Source: an uncultured Gemmatimonadales bacterium
Lineage (GTDB): Bacteria; Gemmatimonadota; Gemmatimonadetes; Gemmatimonadales; GWC2-71-9
Reading direction: 5' to 3'
DNA length: 64,000 bases
NCBI GenBank assembly: GCA_963795085.1
Contig: CAWCFX010000004.1
Span: 224,001-288,000 of the forward strand
Positions 1 through 10,117 of this stretch are shown piece by piece. The notes beneath the pieces are model-generated. The model was not told the DNA's origin and did not search any database. It was given only the letters and a program-made list of their open reading frames with translations. Position numbers and translations under genes: made by a program. Position 1 is the first letter of the stretch; every line of letters starts with the position of its first letter.

Positions 1-569
1 AGGCTGGAAATCTTGTCCAGTTCCATGCGCAGCATACCGAGATCGTTGCCGACCGATTCCAGCAGATGCGAGGCGGCGTCCGGCGCCAGTTCACACTTCT
101 GATTACGAGCATAGTGATTGATCCAGCGCAGCGCCCGGCCCACGGGCAACTGGGCGAACTCGATCGCGACAGCCCCACGGGCGAGGGCCGCATCGGCCTT
201 GGCCTCGCCCGCGCCCTGGACCATGACCAGCACGGTATCGGGGCTCGGCTGCTTGAGGTACGTCTCCAGCACGGCTTTGAGCTTGGCCTTCCGCCTGGCC
301 CCCTCGACTTCGCGCAAGACCACGACCCGGCGCTCGGCCATCATGGGCAGGGTGTTCAGCAGCGAATGAAGGCTGTCCGGATCCTGCTGGGACAAGGTGC
401 GCTGGTCGTAGTTAAAGTCGCGGACCGCGGGATCGAGGGCCCGGTTCAGTACTGCCTCGATCGCATCTTCCTTGAGGATGTCTTCCGCGCCGTAGAAATA
501 GTAGACCGGCGCCACCTCGCCGTTCTTGAGGGCGCGATGGAGTGAATCGAAATCGGGCTGAGCCATCAT
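1..569 (-). CDS. holA: DNA polymerase III subunit delta (3' end runs off the window)
   Basis: Hand translation: (M)MAQPDFDSLHRALKNGEVAPVYYFYGAEDILK...DFNYD...TLPMMAERRVVVLR...VGNDLGMLRMELDKI, typical HolA N-terminal and lid motifs. Missing from the ORF track because it has no stop in the window. Start 569 or 566. Confidence 0.9.
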   Translation of the reverse strand, partial: MMAQPDFDSLHRALKNGEVAPVYYFYGAEDILKEDAIEAVLNRALDPAVRDFNYDQRTLSQQDPDSLHSLLNTLPMMAERRVVVLREVEGARRKAKLKAVLETYLKQPSPDTVLVMVQGAGEAKADAALARGAVAIEFAQLPVGRALRWINHYARNQKCELAPDAASHLLESVGNDLGMLRMELDKISS

Positions 570-717
570 CAATCTTATCGATTTCGTGAGTGGTCTAACA
601 GGGCGGCCAGGAAAAGACGGGAGATCCGCGCGGTTACACACGGCAGGAGAACCGGCCGTCCGCGCGAGGCGGGACGCGGAAAAGAGCTGGGGGGGCAAGC
701 GTTCGCCTGGATGCGTA

Positions 718-747
718 TTGACAAATATGTCTGTCCAGACAGATTTG
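718..747 (+). promoter_or_regulatory. sigma70 -35 box overlapped by an inverted repeat (probable autoregulatory operator)
   Basis: TTGACA at 718-723; CAAATATGTCTG (722-733)-TC-CAGACAGATTTG (736-747) is a 12-bp inverted repeat with one mismatch, directly upstream of an HTH gene. Confidence 0.65.
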
Positions 748-753
748 AATGAC

Positions 754-1380
754 ATGAACCAGGTAGATATTGAATATCTTACCGAAATAGATAGACTTAC
801 AGTGCTTCTTCATCCGCTCCGACTTCAGATCATGGAGCTGGCTATTGAGGAAACCTCCGGCACTGATGCCGCGCGCCAGCTGGGCCTGCCCCGCCAAATG
901 GTGAACTACCATGTTTCGGCGTTGGAGCGGGCGGGATTTCTCATCCCGGTCAGCGAAGTTCGCCGCCGGAACATGATCGAGCGGCGCCTCATGTCGAGTG
1001 CGCGGACCTACCTGATCAGTCCCGACATCCTGGGGCCTTTGAGCGCCTCCGCCCGCCGCACTGCGGACTGGTCGGCCCCGGAGGCGCTCCTGTCGCTGAC
1101 GGGCAAAGTTCAGCGGGACCTGGCCCCGGCGATCCGCGGCTCGCCCGATGGTAGCTTGCCCCCTTCAGTTCTTTCGTCCTTTTCCAAGCTGCATTTTCGC
1201 ACCGAGGATTCCCGCCGCGGGTTCGTCCGGGCGTTCGGCGACATGGCGAGTCGCATCGTCCGGGAATTCGTGGCGCGCGGGGCCGAGCCGGGATCGACGA
1301 TTCCGGCGTATGGGCTGGTACTCGGTTTCTATCCCCTTCCCCGCAGTTCGGTCCAACCTCGAGAGGGAGAGCCGCAATGA
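754..1380 (+). CDS. ArsR-like winged-HTH transcriptional regulator
   Basis: LLHPLRLQIM...SGTDAARQLGLPRQMVNYHVSALERAG; ATG at 754 chosen over the track start at 586. Confidence 0.85.
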   Translation: MNQVDIEYLTEIDRLTVLLHPLRLQIMELAIEETSGTDAARQLGLPRQMVNYHVSALERAGFLIPVSEVRRRNMIERRLMSSARTYLISPDILGPLSASARRTADWSAPEALLSLTGKVQRDLAPAIRGSPDGSLPPSVLSSFSKLHFRTEDSRRGFVRAFGDMASRIVREFVARGAEPGSTIPAYGLVLGFYPLPRSSVQPREGEPQ

Positions 1381-2234
1381 CGGCGTTTGCCGGTGAGCAG
1401 AGCGCGGGAGGCCGGGCAATTGAAGTCGACCTGGTGACCAGGGCGGACTCCGCCCGGGTGTGGGAGGCGGTCACCAACCCCGCCCGGGTGGTGGAATGGT
1501 TTGCCGACCGGGCCGAAGGCGGCACCCGGCCGGGCGATACGATCACCTGGAGCTTCGATCGCATGGCATCGGAACTCTCGTTTACGGTCAACCCGCTCAC
1601 GGCACCCGGTCGCCTGGTGCTGGAGGGAACCCGTGGAACGCCCGGTCACCTCGAGCTCATGGTCGGAGCCGCGCACGATGGCACCCGGGTCAGCCTGATC
1701 CATTCCGGACTGCCACAGGAATCCGACTGGGACGACGATTACCGCTCCCTGGCCGCGGGATGGCGGCTGGCGCTCGCGGTGCTTCGCTACTACGCGGAGT
1801 TCCATTTCGGCCAGCCCCGAAAACAGTTCTTCGCGTCCCGTCTGGGCCGGTTCTCCCTGGCCCGGCTGGTGACACTCTTCCACGAGCCGGCTGGGCTACA
1901 GGATTGGCTGACCGAGGGCGGCAGCATGGGTACGCCCGGCGGGCGGGTTCACCTCGCGCTCAAGACCGGAGAAACCCTGCGGGGTGACATGCTGGCCGAT
2001 ACCGGCACCGACATTGCCATGGCATGGGATGAAATCGGTGGGGTGCTTCAGTTGCGCACGCTCCCGGGAGGGCATGATCGGGATAGCCGGCTGGTCTGCG
2101 CGACGGGTTGGGGGTGGGGCGTATCGTCCGAGCGAGTCCGCCAGATCGAAATCGAACTGGCGGCGGCGCTGGAGCGACTCGAACGGGCGGTGGATCCGGT
2201 CGAATCGGGGCAGGGGGTGCTTCAATCGAGGTAG
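1377..2234 (+). CDS. SRPBCC/AHSA1 domain protein (probably two domains)
   Basis: ARVWEAVTNPARVVEWF...GTRVSLIHSG...GWRLALAVL; ATGA overlap with the regulator. Confidence 0.8.
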   Translation: MTAFAGEQSAGGRAIEVDLVTRADSARVWEAVTNPARVVEWFADRAEGGTRPGDTITWSFDRMASELSFTVNPLTAPGRLVLEGTRGTPGHLELMVGAAHDGTRVSLIHSGLPQESDWDDDYRSLAAGWRLALAVLRYYAEFHFGQPRKQFFASRLGRFSLARLVTLFHEPAGLQDWLTEGGSMGTPGGRVHLALKTGETLRGDMLADTGTDIAMAWDEIGGVLQLRTLPGGHDRDSRLVCATGWGWGVSSERVRQIEIELAAALERLERAVDPVESGQGVLQSR

Positions 2235-2809
2235 GGCTCGATCGCCGCGGCGAAGTGGCGGCGGGCGCGGTTCAGCCGGCTTTTGACGGTGCCCAGTTGG
2301 GTCTCGGTGAGCCGCGCGATGTCCTCATAGGACTTGCCTTCCAGTTCACGGAGAACAAACACCTCCCGGTGCTGATCCGAAAGACGGGAGACGCAGTGGG
2401 TGACTGCCTCCTGGAGGTAGCGCTGGCGGTACATCTCATCGGGCCGGCTCCGGCTGTCCTCAAACTGCAAGGGCGCCGTTTCCCGGCCAGACCCGGTTTC
2501 CAGTTGTTGGAAGAGCACCACCCGGTTCCGTGCCCGGTTGCGTAGCTCGTTCTTCGCGAGGTTGGATGCGATGGTGTAGATCCACGTGGAGAACTGGCGG
2601 GACTGGTCAAATCGCGGCAAATGCCGATGCACCCGGATGAATGCTTCCTGGACCAGGTCCTCGGCCCGCTCTCGATCTCCGATCATTCTGTTAACGAAGT
2701 GGATCAGCCGCTGCGAATATCGCTGAAAAAGCTGGTCGAAGGCATGGGCATCTCCGGACAGGTAGGCCCCGACCAGCGCCGAATTTTCCAGCAACACAGC
2801 CATAAACAC
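2222..2809 (-). CDS. ECF RNA polymerase sigma factor (RpoE/SigW-like)
   Basis: AEDLVQEAFIR, FSTWIYTIASN, SYEDIA...GTVKSRLNRAR. Confidence 0.92.
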   Translation of the reverse strand: MFMAVLLENSALVGAYLSGDAHAFDQLFQRYSQRLIHFVNRMIGDRERAEDLVQEAFIRVHRHLPRFDQSRQFSTWIYTIASNLAKNELRNRARNRVVLFQQLETGSGRETAPLQFEDSRSRPDEMYRQRYLQEAVTHCVSRLSDQHREVFVLRELEGKSYEDIARLTETQLGTVKSRLNRARRHFAAAIEPYLD

Positions 2810-2896
2810 TGATCCTGTAAAGGCTTAAGAAAGCATGGCGCCCGGGACATCTGGAGGTCCCACAGGAGCCTACCTTATACAAGATCCCACGTTCGT

Positions 2897-3439
2897 TCAA
2901 TCTTTCTTTACAAAACCTTGTACAAACAATATCGCGGTGAGTGTTTTGGCGTCCAGGATCTCGCCAGAACGCACTTTGGTAATGACCTGGCTCCAGCGCA
3001 TCGCGCGGAGTTCCAGGAACTCATCCGGCTCCCGGCGGTGAGCCCCGGCGGTGAGCCCGGAACCGAGGAAGAGGTGGATCCGTTCGTCGGTGAACCCGGG
3101 AGTCGTGTAGATGGTGGTCAAAGGCTCCAGGCGGGCGGCAACGAATCCGGTTTCTTCGGCCAGCTCCCGGGCGGCGCATGCGGAGGGGGCTTCTCCGGCA
3201 TCCAGCCGGCCAGCGGGTATTTCGAGGATCCAGTCATCTGCGGCGTGCCGGAACTGGCGAATCAGGACCACCCGGGGATCGGGTGTTGCCGGGTCATCCA
3301 GGAACGGGAGCACTGCAGCCGCTCCGGAATGCCTGATCATCTCCAGGGTCCCGGTGCTGCCGTCGGGAAAGCGGACCGTATCGGCGTCCAGATTGAGCAC
3401 CTTTCCGGTGTACAGGCGCTCCGTGCTCACCAGGGTCAC
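2897..3439 (-). CDS. nudF: NUDIX hydrolase, ADP-ribose pyrophosphatase-like
   Basis: Nudix box GRLDAGEAPSACAARELAEETG; RQFRH; YTTPGFTDE. Confidence 0.88.
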   Translation of the reverse strand: MTLVSTERLYTGKVLNLDADTVRFPDGSTGTLEMIRHSGAAAVLPFLDDPATPDPRVVLIRQFRHAADDWILEIPAGRLDAGEAPSACAARELAEETGFVAARLEPLTTIYTTPGFTDERIHLFLGSGLTAGAHRREPDEFLELRAMRWSQVITKVRSGEILDAKTLTAILFVQGFVKKD

Positions 3440-4884
3440 GGCACCTCGCTCCCAGTCATGTCCCGGACCGACACCGGGCCCAGGCCCAGCGCTTCGATTC
3501 CCGGCCGAATGGAGGCAAGGTCGCCGACGACCACCACGGTGAACCGGTCCGGCCGGACGTACCGTCGAGCGACGCGCTGCACGTCCGCCGCAGAGATAGC
3601 CATGACGCGAGGGACGTAATCGTTGTAATAAGTCATCGGGAGGCCGAAGCGCACCAGGCCCCCGACCTGCCCGGCCATTTGGGTCGTGGTCTCGAAATCA
3701 CCGGCCAGTCCCAGGGCCAGGTAGGCCTTGGCGCGTTCCAGTTCCACTTCGTCCACCGGTTCGGTCCGCAACCGCTCGAACTCCCTGAAGAACTCAATGA
3801 GCGAGCTGTCGGTGACATTGGTCCGGACCGAGGAGCGTGCCAGGAACGGGCCCGGCACCGGCCGGTAACTGAAACCTGAGCCGGCGCCGTAGGTGTAACC
3901 CAGTTCCTCCCGCAGCCGGGAGTTGAGTCGCGATGAGAAGGAGCCTCCCAGGAGCGTGTTCATCACCTCGATGGCCGCGTAGTCCGGGTTGTTCCGATCG
4001 ACGCCCCCGGCGCCGATCATGATCACGGACTGGGCGGCACCGGGCTTATCCACCAGGAAAACCGACGTAGCCCGGTCCACCGCGGCCGGGGGCAAGGCAG
4101 GCGAGGCGGAGGGCCGCGCGCCCCTCCAGGCGCTGAACCTCCGCTCCACGGCCGAGCGGGCCTCGGCCAGGGTAATATCGCCCGTCACGACCATGATCGA
4201 ACTGGCCGGAGAAAAGTTCGTCTCGTAGAATGCCCGGACCCGCGCGGAGTCGAGGGCGGCAGTGGCGGCGGAGTCTCCCCCAAGGGAGCGGTGATAAGGG
4301 TGATCCTCGGGGAAAAGCAGCGCGTTGAATGCCAGCGCAGCCATGGTGTTGGGCTGGTCCCGCTGCTGCAGAATGCCGGCCAGGCGAAGGTCCCGCTGGC
4401 GGGCGACCTCGGTGACCCTGAAGGCAGGCCGCAGCGCCACGTCCGCCATGAGATCCAGGGCGGGGCCCATGGTGCGGCGGGGGACCTTGAGGCTCACATA
4501 GCTGGCATCCCAGTCGGCGAAAGTGCCGAGGCTGGCGCCCAGGTACGCGGCCTCCGAGGCGAGGCCCATGGCATCCCGGCTCCCGGCGCCTTCGTCGAGC
4601 ATTTCCGCCGTGAACGATGCAATACCGCTCATCATCGCGTCACGGCGGCCCCCGCCCTGGACGCTCAGCGTGAACTGGACCACCGGAACCTCGTGCATCT
4701 CGACGACATAAAGCGTCAGGCCGTTCGGTAACCGGGTGGTCTGGACCGGGGGCATGGTGACCCGGGCCGGCGGCCGGAGGGCAGGGGGCCGGGTGCGGTC
4801 CACCGCCGCACCCTGGGCGTCGAGGCTGGCGGCCGCCCCGGCGAGCAGGACGGCGGCTATTAGTGCGGGAAACGAGCGATTCAT
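3436..4884 (-). CDS. M16 family peptidase, non-catalytic subunit, signal peptide
   Basis: LPNGLT; lacks HxxEH (FTAEML); R/Y motif SRLNSRLREELGYTYG. Confidence 0.88.
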   Translation of the reverse strand: MNRSFPALIAAVLLAGAAASLDAQGAAVDRTRPPALRPPARVTMPPVQTTRLPNGLTLYVVEMHEVPVVQFTLSVQGGGRRDAMMSGIASFTAEMLDEGAGSRDAMGLASEAAYLGASLGTFADWDASYVSLKVPRRTMGPALDLMADVALRPAFRVTEVARQRDLRLAGILQQRDQPNTMAALAFNALLFPEDHPYHRSLGGDSAATAALDSARVRAFYETNFSPASSIMVVTGDITLAEARSAVERRFSAWRGARPSASPALPPAAVDRATSVFLVDKPGAAQSVIMIGAGGVDRNNPDYAAIEVMNTLLGGSFSSRLNSRLREELGYTYGAGSGFSYRPVPGPFLARSSVRTNVTDSSLIEFFREFERLRTEPVDEVELERAKAYLALGLAGDFETTTQMAGQVGGLVRFGLPMTYYNDYVPRVMAISAADVQRVARRYVRPDRFTVVVVGDLASIRPGIEALGLGPVSVRDMTGSEVP

Positions 4885-6248
4885 GGGGTTGCCTCCGTGG
4901 CCGTTATGGCCATGTCGAGTTTGCCTTGCGGCACGATGCTGAGGATGACCCGGTGGCCCCCCAGGTAGTGCCGCGCAACTCGCTGGATGTCGCCGGCCGT
5001 GACGGCGCGGTAGCGGGCGAGGTCCTGCTGGAAATTGCCCGGCACGCCGACGAAGTAGTAATAGCTATTCAACTGGTCCGCCTTCGAGCTGATCTGCTCG
5101 AGCCCGTTGAGGAACGAGGATTCAGTGGCGTTCTGGGCCTGTTCCAGTTCCCGGGCGGTGGGCCCCTCCTCCATCAGGCGCTTCAACTGCGCGTCGATCG
5201 AGGCCTGCAGCTCCGGAAGGGTGTGGCCGGGCCGGGCGGTGGCGAACACCGTGAAATCGCCATCCAGCCGCTTGCCGTCGTGGAACGCCACGACATTGGT
5301 GGCGATCTGGCGGTCGTAGACCAGTTCCTGGGTCAGGCGGCTGTTCTTGGCGCCCGACAGCAGGTAGCCCAGCAGGTCCAGCGCCGCATCGTCTTCGGAA
5401 TAGACCCGGGTCGTGTGCCAGTTGAAGTACACCCGGGGCAGCTGCACCCGGTCTTCAAGAACGACCACGGTATCGCGGGTCAGGGTGAAGGATGGCGCCG
5501 CCGGCCGCTCGATGGCGGGGCCCCGGGGGATCTCGCCGAAGTACTGCCGGACCAAACGCTTCACCTCAGCGGCACTCACATCCCCGGCCACGGTCAGCAC
5601 CGCATTGTTGGGCGCGTAGTAGCGGCGGAAGAACTCCCGGGTATCGTCCAGGGAGGCGGCACCCAGGTCGTTCATGGAGCCGATCACGGACCAGGAGTAG
5701 GGGTGGCCAGCCGGGTACAGCGACTGGGCCAGCGTCTCCCGCGCCAGTCCGTAGGGCTGATTTTCATAGCTCTGACGCCGCTCGTTTTTCACGATCTCGC
5801 GCTGGGCGTCCACCTTTTCGGCGTTCATGGTCGAGAGGAACCATCCCATGCGATCGGCCTCGAGCCATAACATCAACGGCAGCGAGTTGGCGGGGCCTTC
5901 TTCGTAGTAGTTGGTGCGGTCGTTGGTGGTGGAGCCGTTATTGCTCGCCCCCGCAGCTTCGAGCAGCCGGTCGAAGGCCGGATACTCGGCGTGTTCGGAC
6001 CCCATGAACATGAGGTGCTCGAAGAGGTGAGCGAACCCGGTGCGGCCGGGTTTTTCGTCTCCCGACCCGACCATGTACCAGATGTTGACGGCCACGGTGG
6101 GCACGGAGTGGTCCTCGTGCACAATGAGCGTCAACCCGTTCTCCAGGGTGTCGACCACAATGGGAACCGACAACCGGGTGGCCTGGGCCCCGAGGGGTAG
6201 TGCCCCGGACAGGGTACCGGCGATAATGAGTGTCCAGCGACGAAACAT
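4881..6248 (-). CDS. M16 family zinc peptidase, catalytic subunit
   Basis: GFAHLFEHLMF (HxxEH), NGSTTNDRTNY, LWLEADRM. Confidence 0.92.
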   Translation of the reverse strand: MFRRWTLIIAGTLSGALPLGAQATRLSVPIVVDTLENGLTLIVHEDHSVPTVAVNIWYMVGSGDEKPGRTGFAHLFEHLMFMGSEHAEYPAFDRLLEAAGASNNGSTTNDRTNYYEEGPANSLPLMLWLEADRMGWFLSTMNAEKVDAQREIVKNERRQSYENQPYGLARETLAQSLYPAGHPYSWSVIGSMNDLGAASLDDTREFFRRYYAPNNAVLTVAGDVSAAEVKRLVRQYFGEIPRGPAIERPAAPSFTLTRDTVVVLEDRVQLPRVYFNWHTTRVYSEDDAALDLLGYLLSGAKNSRLTQELVYDRQIATNVVAFHDGKRLDGDFTVFATARPGHTLPELQASIDAQLKRLMEEGPTARELEQAQNATESSFLNGLEQISSKADQLNSYYYFVGVPGNFQQDLARYRAVTAGDIQRVARHYLGGHRVILSIVPQGKLDMAITATEATP

Positions 6249-6268
6249 CAGGTGCCTCGGGATAAGGT

Positions 6269-7108
6269 TTATTGGGGTATGCTGGCCGAATCCGCGGTCG
6301 CGAACAGGGTGCGCACCGCGAGCCAGGCGGCAGGATGAAAGACGGTGCCGTGGGTCTCCTCCGGCATCGGTCGGTAGATCAGGCGGACCACATAGTTCGG
6401 GAACCTTGCCAGCGCCGTCCGCAGGCGGTCTACCCCCTCCTGCATGGCACCGCCTTCATCGGCGATGGCAAGGAACAGACGCCGGCCGCCGGGAAAGGGT
6501 TTCCGCACCAGGTCGTCGGCCTGGCGGGCGAGGGATTGATCGTCCCACCAGAGCATCGGGCTGACGGCGACGTACCCCTGGAACGTCTGGGGACGGCGCA
6601 GAAACGTCTCCACCACAAACAGCCCGGCGGCGGACTCCCCCATGAGGACCGTCTCGCCGGTAATCCGGAAATTCTCCCGGACCCAGGGAAGCAGTTCTCC
6701 GGCAAGAAACTCCCGAAACGCCTCGGCGCCGCCCGCGGTGGGCAGCCGGGCCCGGTCCGCGGGGACCGTTGCGGGATGCACCAGGTCGTGGTAGCGATCG
6801 ATTCCCTCGACACCGACCAGGATGAACTCGCGCACCTGGCGGAAGTCCGCGGCCAGCGTGGCAATCCCGGCGATATGAAGAAAATCCTCCCCGACGCCGC
6901 CATCGAGCAGGATCAGGGCAGGGTAGTCCGACGTGGTGTCCTGGGCGTAGCCGGGGGGGAGGTAGACGTTGACCCGCCGGTCCTGCCCGAGGATGGCCGA
7001 CCGGATGGCATAGGAGGACGCGATGACCACCGGTTCGCCTCCTGCCGACTGGGCCCGCATCGTGACCGGGGCCAGGAAGATCAGGGTGGCAAGGAAGAGT
7101 GTCCGCAT
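6269..7108 (-). CDS. secreted alpha/beta hydrolase (IroE/BesA-like esterase)
   Basis: VYLPPGY, YPALILLDG, nucleophile elbow GESAAG, SPMLWW, ETHGT. Confidence 0.8.
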   Translation of the reverse strand: MRTLFLATLIFLAPVTMRAQSAGGEPVVIASSYAIRSAILGQDRRVNVYLPPGYAQDTTSDYPALILLDGGVGEDFLHIAGIATLAADFRQVREFILVGVEGIDRYHDLVHPATVPADRARLPTAGGAEAFREFLAGELLPWVRENFRITGETVLMGESAAGLFVVETFLRRPQTFQGYVAVSPMLWWDDQSLARQADDLVRKPFPGGRRLFLAIADEGGAMQEGVDRLRTALARFPNYVVRLIYRPMPEETHGTVFHPAAWLAVRTLFATADSASIPQ

Positions 7109-7112
7109 GCGG

Positions 7113-7712
7113 TTACCAGCTCCGAATCCAGGCGACCGGCATCTTCAGGGCCTCGCTGGCCAGGAATCCCAGCTCCTGCGACCAGCTCCGGGAGATGGGG
7201 CTGGTCATAGTGGGAGAGGTGTATGGCTCCAGGTTCATGCGTTGGGCCTCGAAGCGAAGGCGGCTCATGTGGAAGGGGTCGCTGACCAGGAGAACCGAGG
7301 AGAGCTTGCGTTCTTCCAGCCAGTGGCCCACGGCCTCCATTGACGCGATGGTGGACCGACCCTCCGGCCGCACCACAACGGCGGAATCGGGGATGCCCTG
7401 GGCAAGAAGATAGCGCCGGCTTACGGTGGCTTCGCTTTCGATATCGCCCAGGGCGGTGCCGCCGGTGACGACCACCCGCGGAGAAAGGCCCGCTTCGAAG
7501 AGGTCCACCGCGTGGTCCAGCCGGGCGCGCAGGACCGGCGAAGGCTTGCCGTTGTACTGGGCGGCGCCCAGGACCACGATCGCGTCGGTGGGGCGCCGCT
7601 GGTCCTGGCGGCTTACGATCAGCACGGTGCTGAACGAAACGACATAGGCGAGGGAGACGCCGGAGAAGAGCAGGAGCAGGAGCGGACGGAGGCTGCGATT
7701 GCGAGAGGGCAC
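7113..7712 (-). CDS. YdcF/ElyC/SanA (DUF218) family protein
   Basis: DAIVVLGAA, RARLDHA, VTGG, LVSDPFHMSR. Confidence 0.88.
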   Translation of the reverse strand: MPSRNRSLRPLLLLLFSGVSLAYVVSFSTVLIVSRQDQRRPTDAIVVLGAAQYNGKPSPVLRARLDHAVDLFEAGLSPRVVVTGGTALGDIESEATVSRRYLLAQGIPDSAVVVRPEGRSTIASMEAVGHWLEERKLSSVLLVSDPFHMSRLRFEAQRMNLEPYTSPTMTSPISRSWSQELGFLASEALKMPVAWIRSW

Positions 7713-7769
7713 GGCGTACGAACCTAAGGGCGCCGGGCGCGGCAGAATAGGGGCCCCGCCACGGGGCCG

Positions 7770-9158
7770 CTAGAGGTCAAAGGCCTCATGAAGGCCAGGC
7801 ACGATGACTTCGCCAACGCCCTCCTCCTTGAGCAGGTCCGCCATGGCCGTGAGCGCCGTGGTCTCCCCATGCACTACGAAGGCGCGCTTGATCGGGCCTC
7901 CGATCTCCCGGATCCAGCTACGCAGTTCTTCCCGGTCGGCATGGGCCGAGTAGCCGTCGATGGTCTCGACCTCGGCCCGGCGCTCGAATTCGTCGCCAAA
8001 AATGCGGACGGTATCGGCCCCGCCCTGGATGCGGCGCCCCAGCGTATGCTCGGCCTGGTAGCCGACGAACAGGATCACGTTGCGGTGATCGCCGATACCA
8101 TGGGCCAGGTGGTGCAGGATCCTTCCCGATTCGACCATGCCCGACGCCGCGATGATGACCGCGGGAGTGCGGAGGGCGTTCAGCGCCTTGCTTTCCTCCA
8201 CGCTTCGCACGTAGTGCACCAGGGGAAAGTCAAAGAGGTCGGCGGCCCGGTCCATCAGCCGTTCCCGCCGGTCGAAGATATCGGGGTGCAGGCGGAATAC
8301 CTGGGTCGCGTCCACCGCCAGGGGGCTGTCGATGTACACCGGGATGTTGGGGATCTTGCCGGCCCGGAAGAGCTGATGAAACGAGTAGGCCAGCTCCTGG
8401 ACCCGGCCCAGCGCAAAGGCGGGAATCAGCACCTTGCCCCCCCGTGCCGCGACGCGGTGCACAATCTGGCCCAGTTTTTCTTCGGAGGCGCCGATCGGCT
8501 CGTGGCGCCGGTTGGCGTAGGTGGCTTCGACGATGAGGGTATCCACCGGGCCGCTGGGCGGCGCCGGATCGCGGATGATAGGGAGGCCCTTCCGGCCCAC
8601 ATCCCCCGAAAAGACCAGCCGGTGGTTGGGCTCGGTGATCCGCAGATCCAGCGAGGCCGAGCCAAGGATATGGCCCGCCTCGGTGAACTCGAAGCTCAGG
8701 TTCTTGCGGACATGGTGGACCCGCCGGTAGGGGACGCCGATCATCAGGTCCTGGACTTCGAGCGCGTCCGCCATCCGGTAGAGCGGCTCGCTCTCCGGCG
8801 TCGCGCGGCCGCGCCGGACCAGGTACTCGTAGTCCTTCTCCTGGATGTGGGCGGCATCGGCCAGCATGACGGCGCAGAGATCCCGGGTGGCCGGGGTGGC
8901 GTAGATCGGGCTGTGAAAGCCGCGGTTGACCAGCAGGGGAAGCCGTCCCGAATGGTCAATATGGGCGTGGCTCAGAATGACGGCATCAATCCGGCGGGCA
9001 TCGAACGGCAGGTTCTTGTTGAGATCGGCGACTTCCTTGCGCCGGCCCTGGAAGAGCCCCCCGTCCAGCAGCACCCGGGCTCCCGCCGCCTCAAGGAGGT
9101 GCATGCTCCCCGTGACCTGGCCGGCCGCGCCGTGAAAGCTGAGGCGGATACCGCTCAT
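7770..9158 (-). CDS. metallo-beta-lactamase/beta-CASP family ribonuclease
   Basis: GAAGQVTGS, SHAHIDHSG, AGHILGS, FSGDVG, EATY, SAHAD, VHGE. Confidence 0.92.
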   Translation of the reverse strand: MSGIRLSFHGAAGQVTGSMHLLEAAGARVLLDGGLFQGRRKEVADLNKNLPFDARRIDAVILSHAHIDHSGRLPLLVNRGFHSPIYATPATRDLCAVMLADAAHIQEKDYEYLVRRGRATPESEPLYRMADALEVQDLMIGVPYRRVHHVRKNLSFEFTEAGHILGSASLDLRITEPNHRLVFSGDVGRKGLPIIRDPAPPSGPVDTLIVEATYANRRHEPIGASEEKLGQIVHRVAARGGKVLIPAFALGRVQELAYSFHQLFRAGKIPNIPVYIDSPLAVDATQVFRLHPDIFDRRERLMDRAADLFDFPLVHYVRSVEESKALNALRTPAVIIAASGMVESGRILHHLAHGIGDHRNVILFVGYQAEHTLGRRIQGGADTVRIFGDEFERRAEVETIDGYSAHADREELRSWIREIGGPIKRAFVVHGETTALTAMADLLKEEGVGEVIVPGLHEAFDL

Positions 9159-9180
9159 GGAGTTCCGTGCCGGGTGGGTG

Positions 9181-9822
9181 TCATCCGGTGCCGAAGAGGC
9201 GGTCGCCTGCGTCGCCCAGGCCGGGGAGGATGAAGCCGTGGGTGTTGAGTTCGCGATCCAGGGCGGCGGTAAAGATAGGCACCTCGGGATGCCGCTCGAG
9301 CATCAGGGCCACGCCGTTGGGCGAAGCCACCAGGCAGAGAAACCGCACTTGCCGGGCCCCGGCCTGTTTGAGCGCATTGACTGCCGCCACGGCCGAGCCG
9401 CCAGTCGCGAGCATCGGGTCCAGCACCAGGAAATCGCGCACGCCCTCGGCGCCCGGAATCTTGAAGTAGTAGTCGTGAGGCCGGAGGGTAGTCTCGTCCC
9501 GGGAGAGACCGATGTGACCGACCCGGGCCGAGGGAATCAACTGGGCGATCCCATCCACCATGCCGAGGCCGGCCCGGAGAATCGGGACCAGAGCAAGCTT
9601 TCGCCCGGAGACCTGCCGCCCCACCATGGGCTCGAGAGGGGTCTCGACCTCCACCGGCTCGGTCGGCAGATCGCGGGTCACCTCGTAGGCCATGAGGGTG
9701 GCGATCTCCGACACCAGTTGCTTGAAGTCACGGGTCCCCGTCCTCCGGTCGCGGAGGAGGGTCATCTTGTGATCGATCAGCGGGTGGACGATGACGGTGA
9801 GGTTGGGGAAGGCCTGGGTCAT
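9181..9822 (-). CDS. upp: uracil phosphoribosyltransferase
   Basis: HPLIDHK, VPILRAGLGM, LDPMLATGGS, PGLGDAGDRLFG; start ATG at 9822. Confidence 0.96.
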   Translation of the reverse strand: MTQAFPNLTVIVHPLIDHKMTLLRDRRTGTRDFKQLVSEIATLMAYEVTRDLPTEPVEVETPLEPMVGRQVSGRKLALVPILRAGLGMVDGIAQLIPSARVGHIGLSRDETTLRPHDYYFKIPGAEGVRDFLVLDPMLATGGSAVAAVNALKQAGARQVRFLCLVASPNGVALMLERHPEVPIFTAALDRELNTHGFILPGLGDAGDRLFGTG

Positions 9823-9832
9823 GGAATCAATA

Positions 9833-9923
9833 TAAGGCGGCAGGGGGGCCGGGCGGCCAGAAGGCCTGCCGGCCGGGACGACCGGGGCGAGCAGGCGGCT
9901 GATAGCCAGGAAGGTCAGAAGGC
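9833..9923 (+). repeat. degenerate ~8-nt periodic repeat (NNNNNGGC)
   Basis: aaggcggc aggggggc cgggcggc cagaaggc ctgccggc ... caggcggc ... cagaaggc. Confidence 0.45.
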
Positions 9924-10117
9924 TGTGTGGTGGGCGCAACCTGGCACGTCCTGAAGGGAGCGGGCGGGGTTTCCGTCTCCGTCCGCCAACGCTCGATGAA
10001 GTTCCTGCCTGACGTGAGACCTGCCGTGGCACGGCTGCGTAAAGTCAAATCCACGCACCCTTTACACTTCGTGCCGCGGGGGCTCACCCCCTGCCTGATC
10101 TTCTCCCCCACGACGCC
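9921..10117. ncRNA. candidate structured RNA, family not recognised
   Basis: Nested complementary segments found by eye: 9921-9934/10107-10117 (imperfect), GGCACG 9943-48/CGTGCC 10070-75, TGAAGG 9952-57/CCTTTA 10059-64, plus hairpins 9958-9994, 10023-10035, 10036-10057 and 10078-10091. Confidence 0.45.

Noticed and set aside
10010..10030. GAGACCTGCC resembling the 3' end of a cobalamin riboswitch, and GATGAAGTTC (9995-10004) resembling a fluoride riboswitch
   Set aside because: The other conserved elements (B12 box and GGGAA core; crcB P1 pairing) are absent, and the gene context does not fit.
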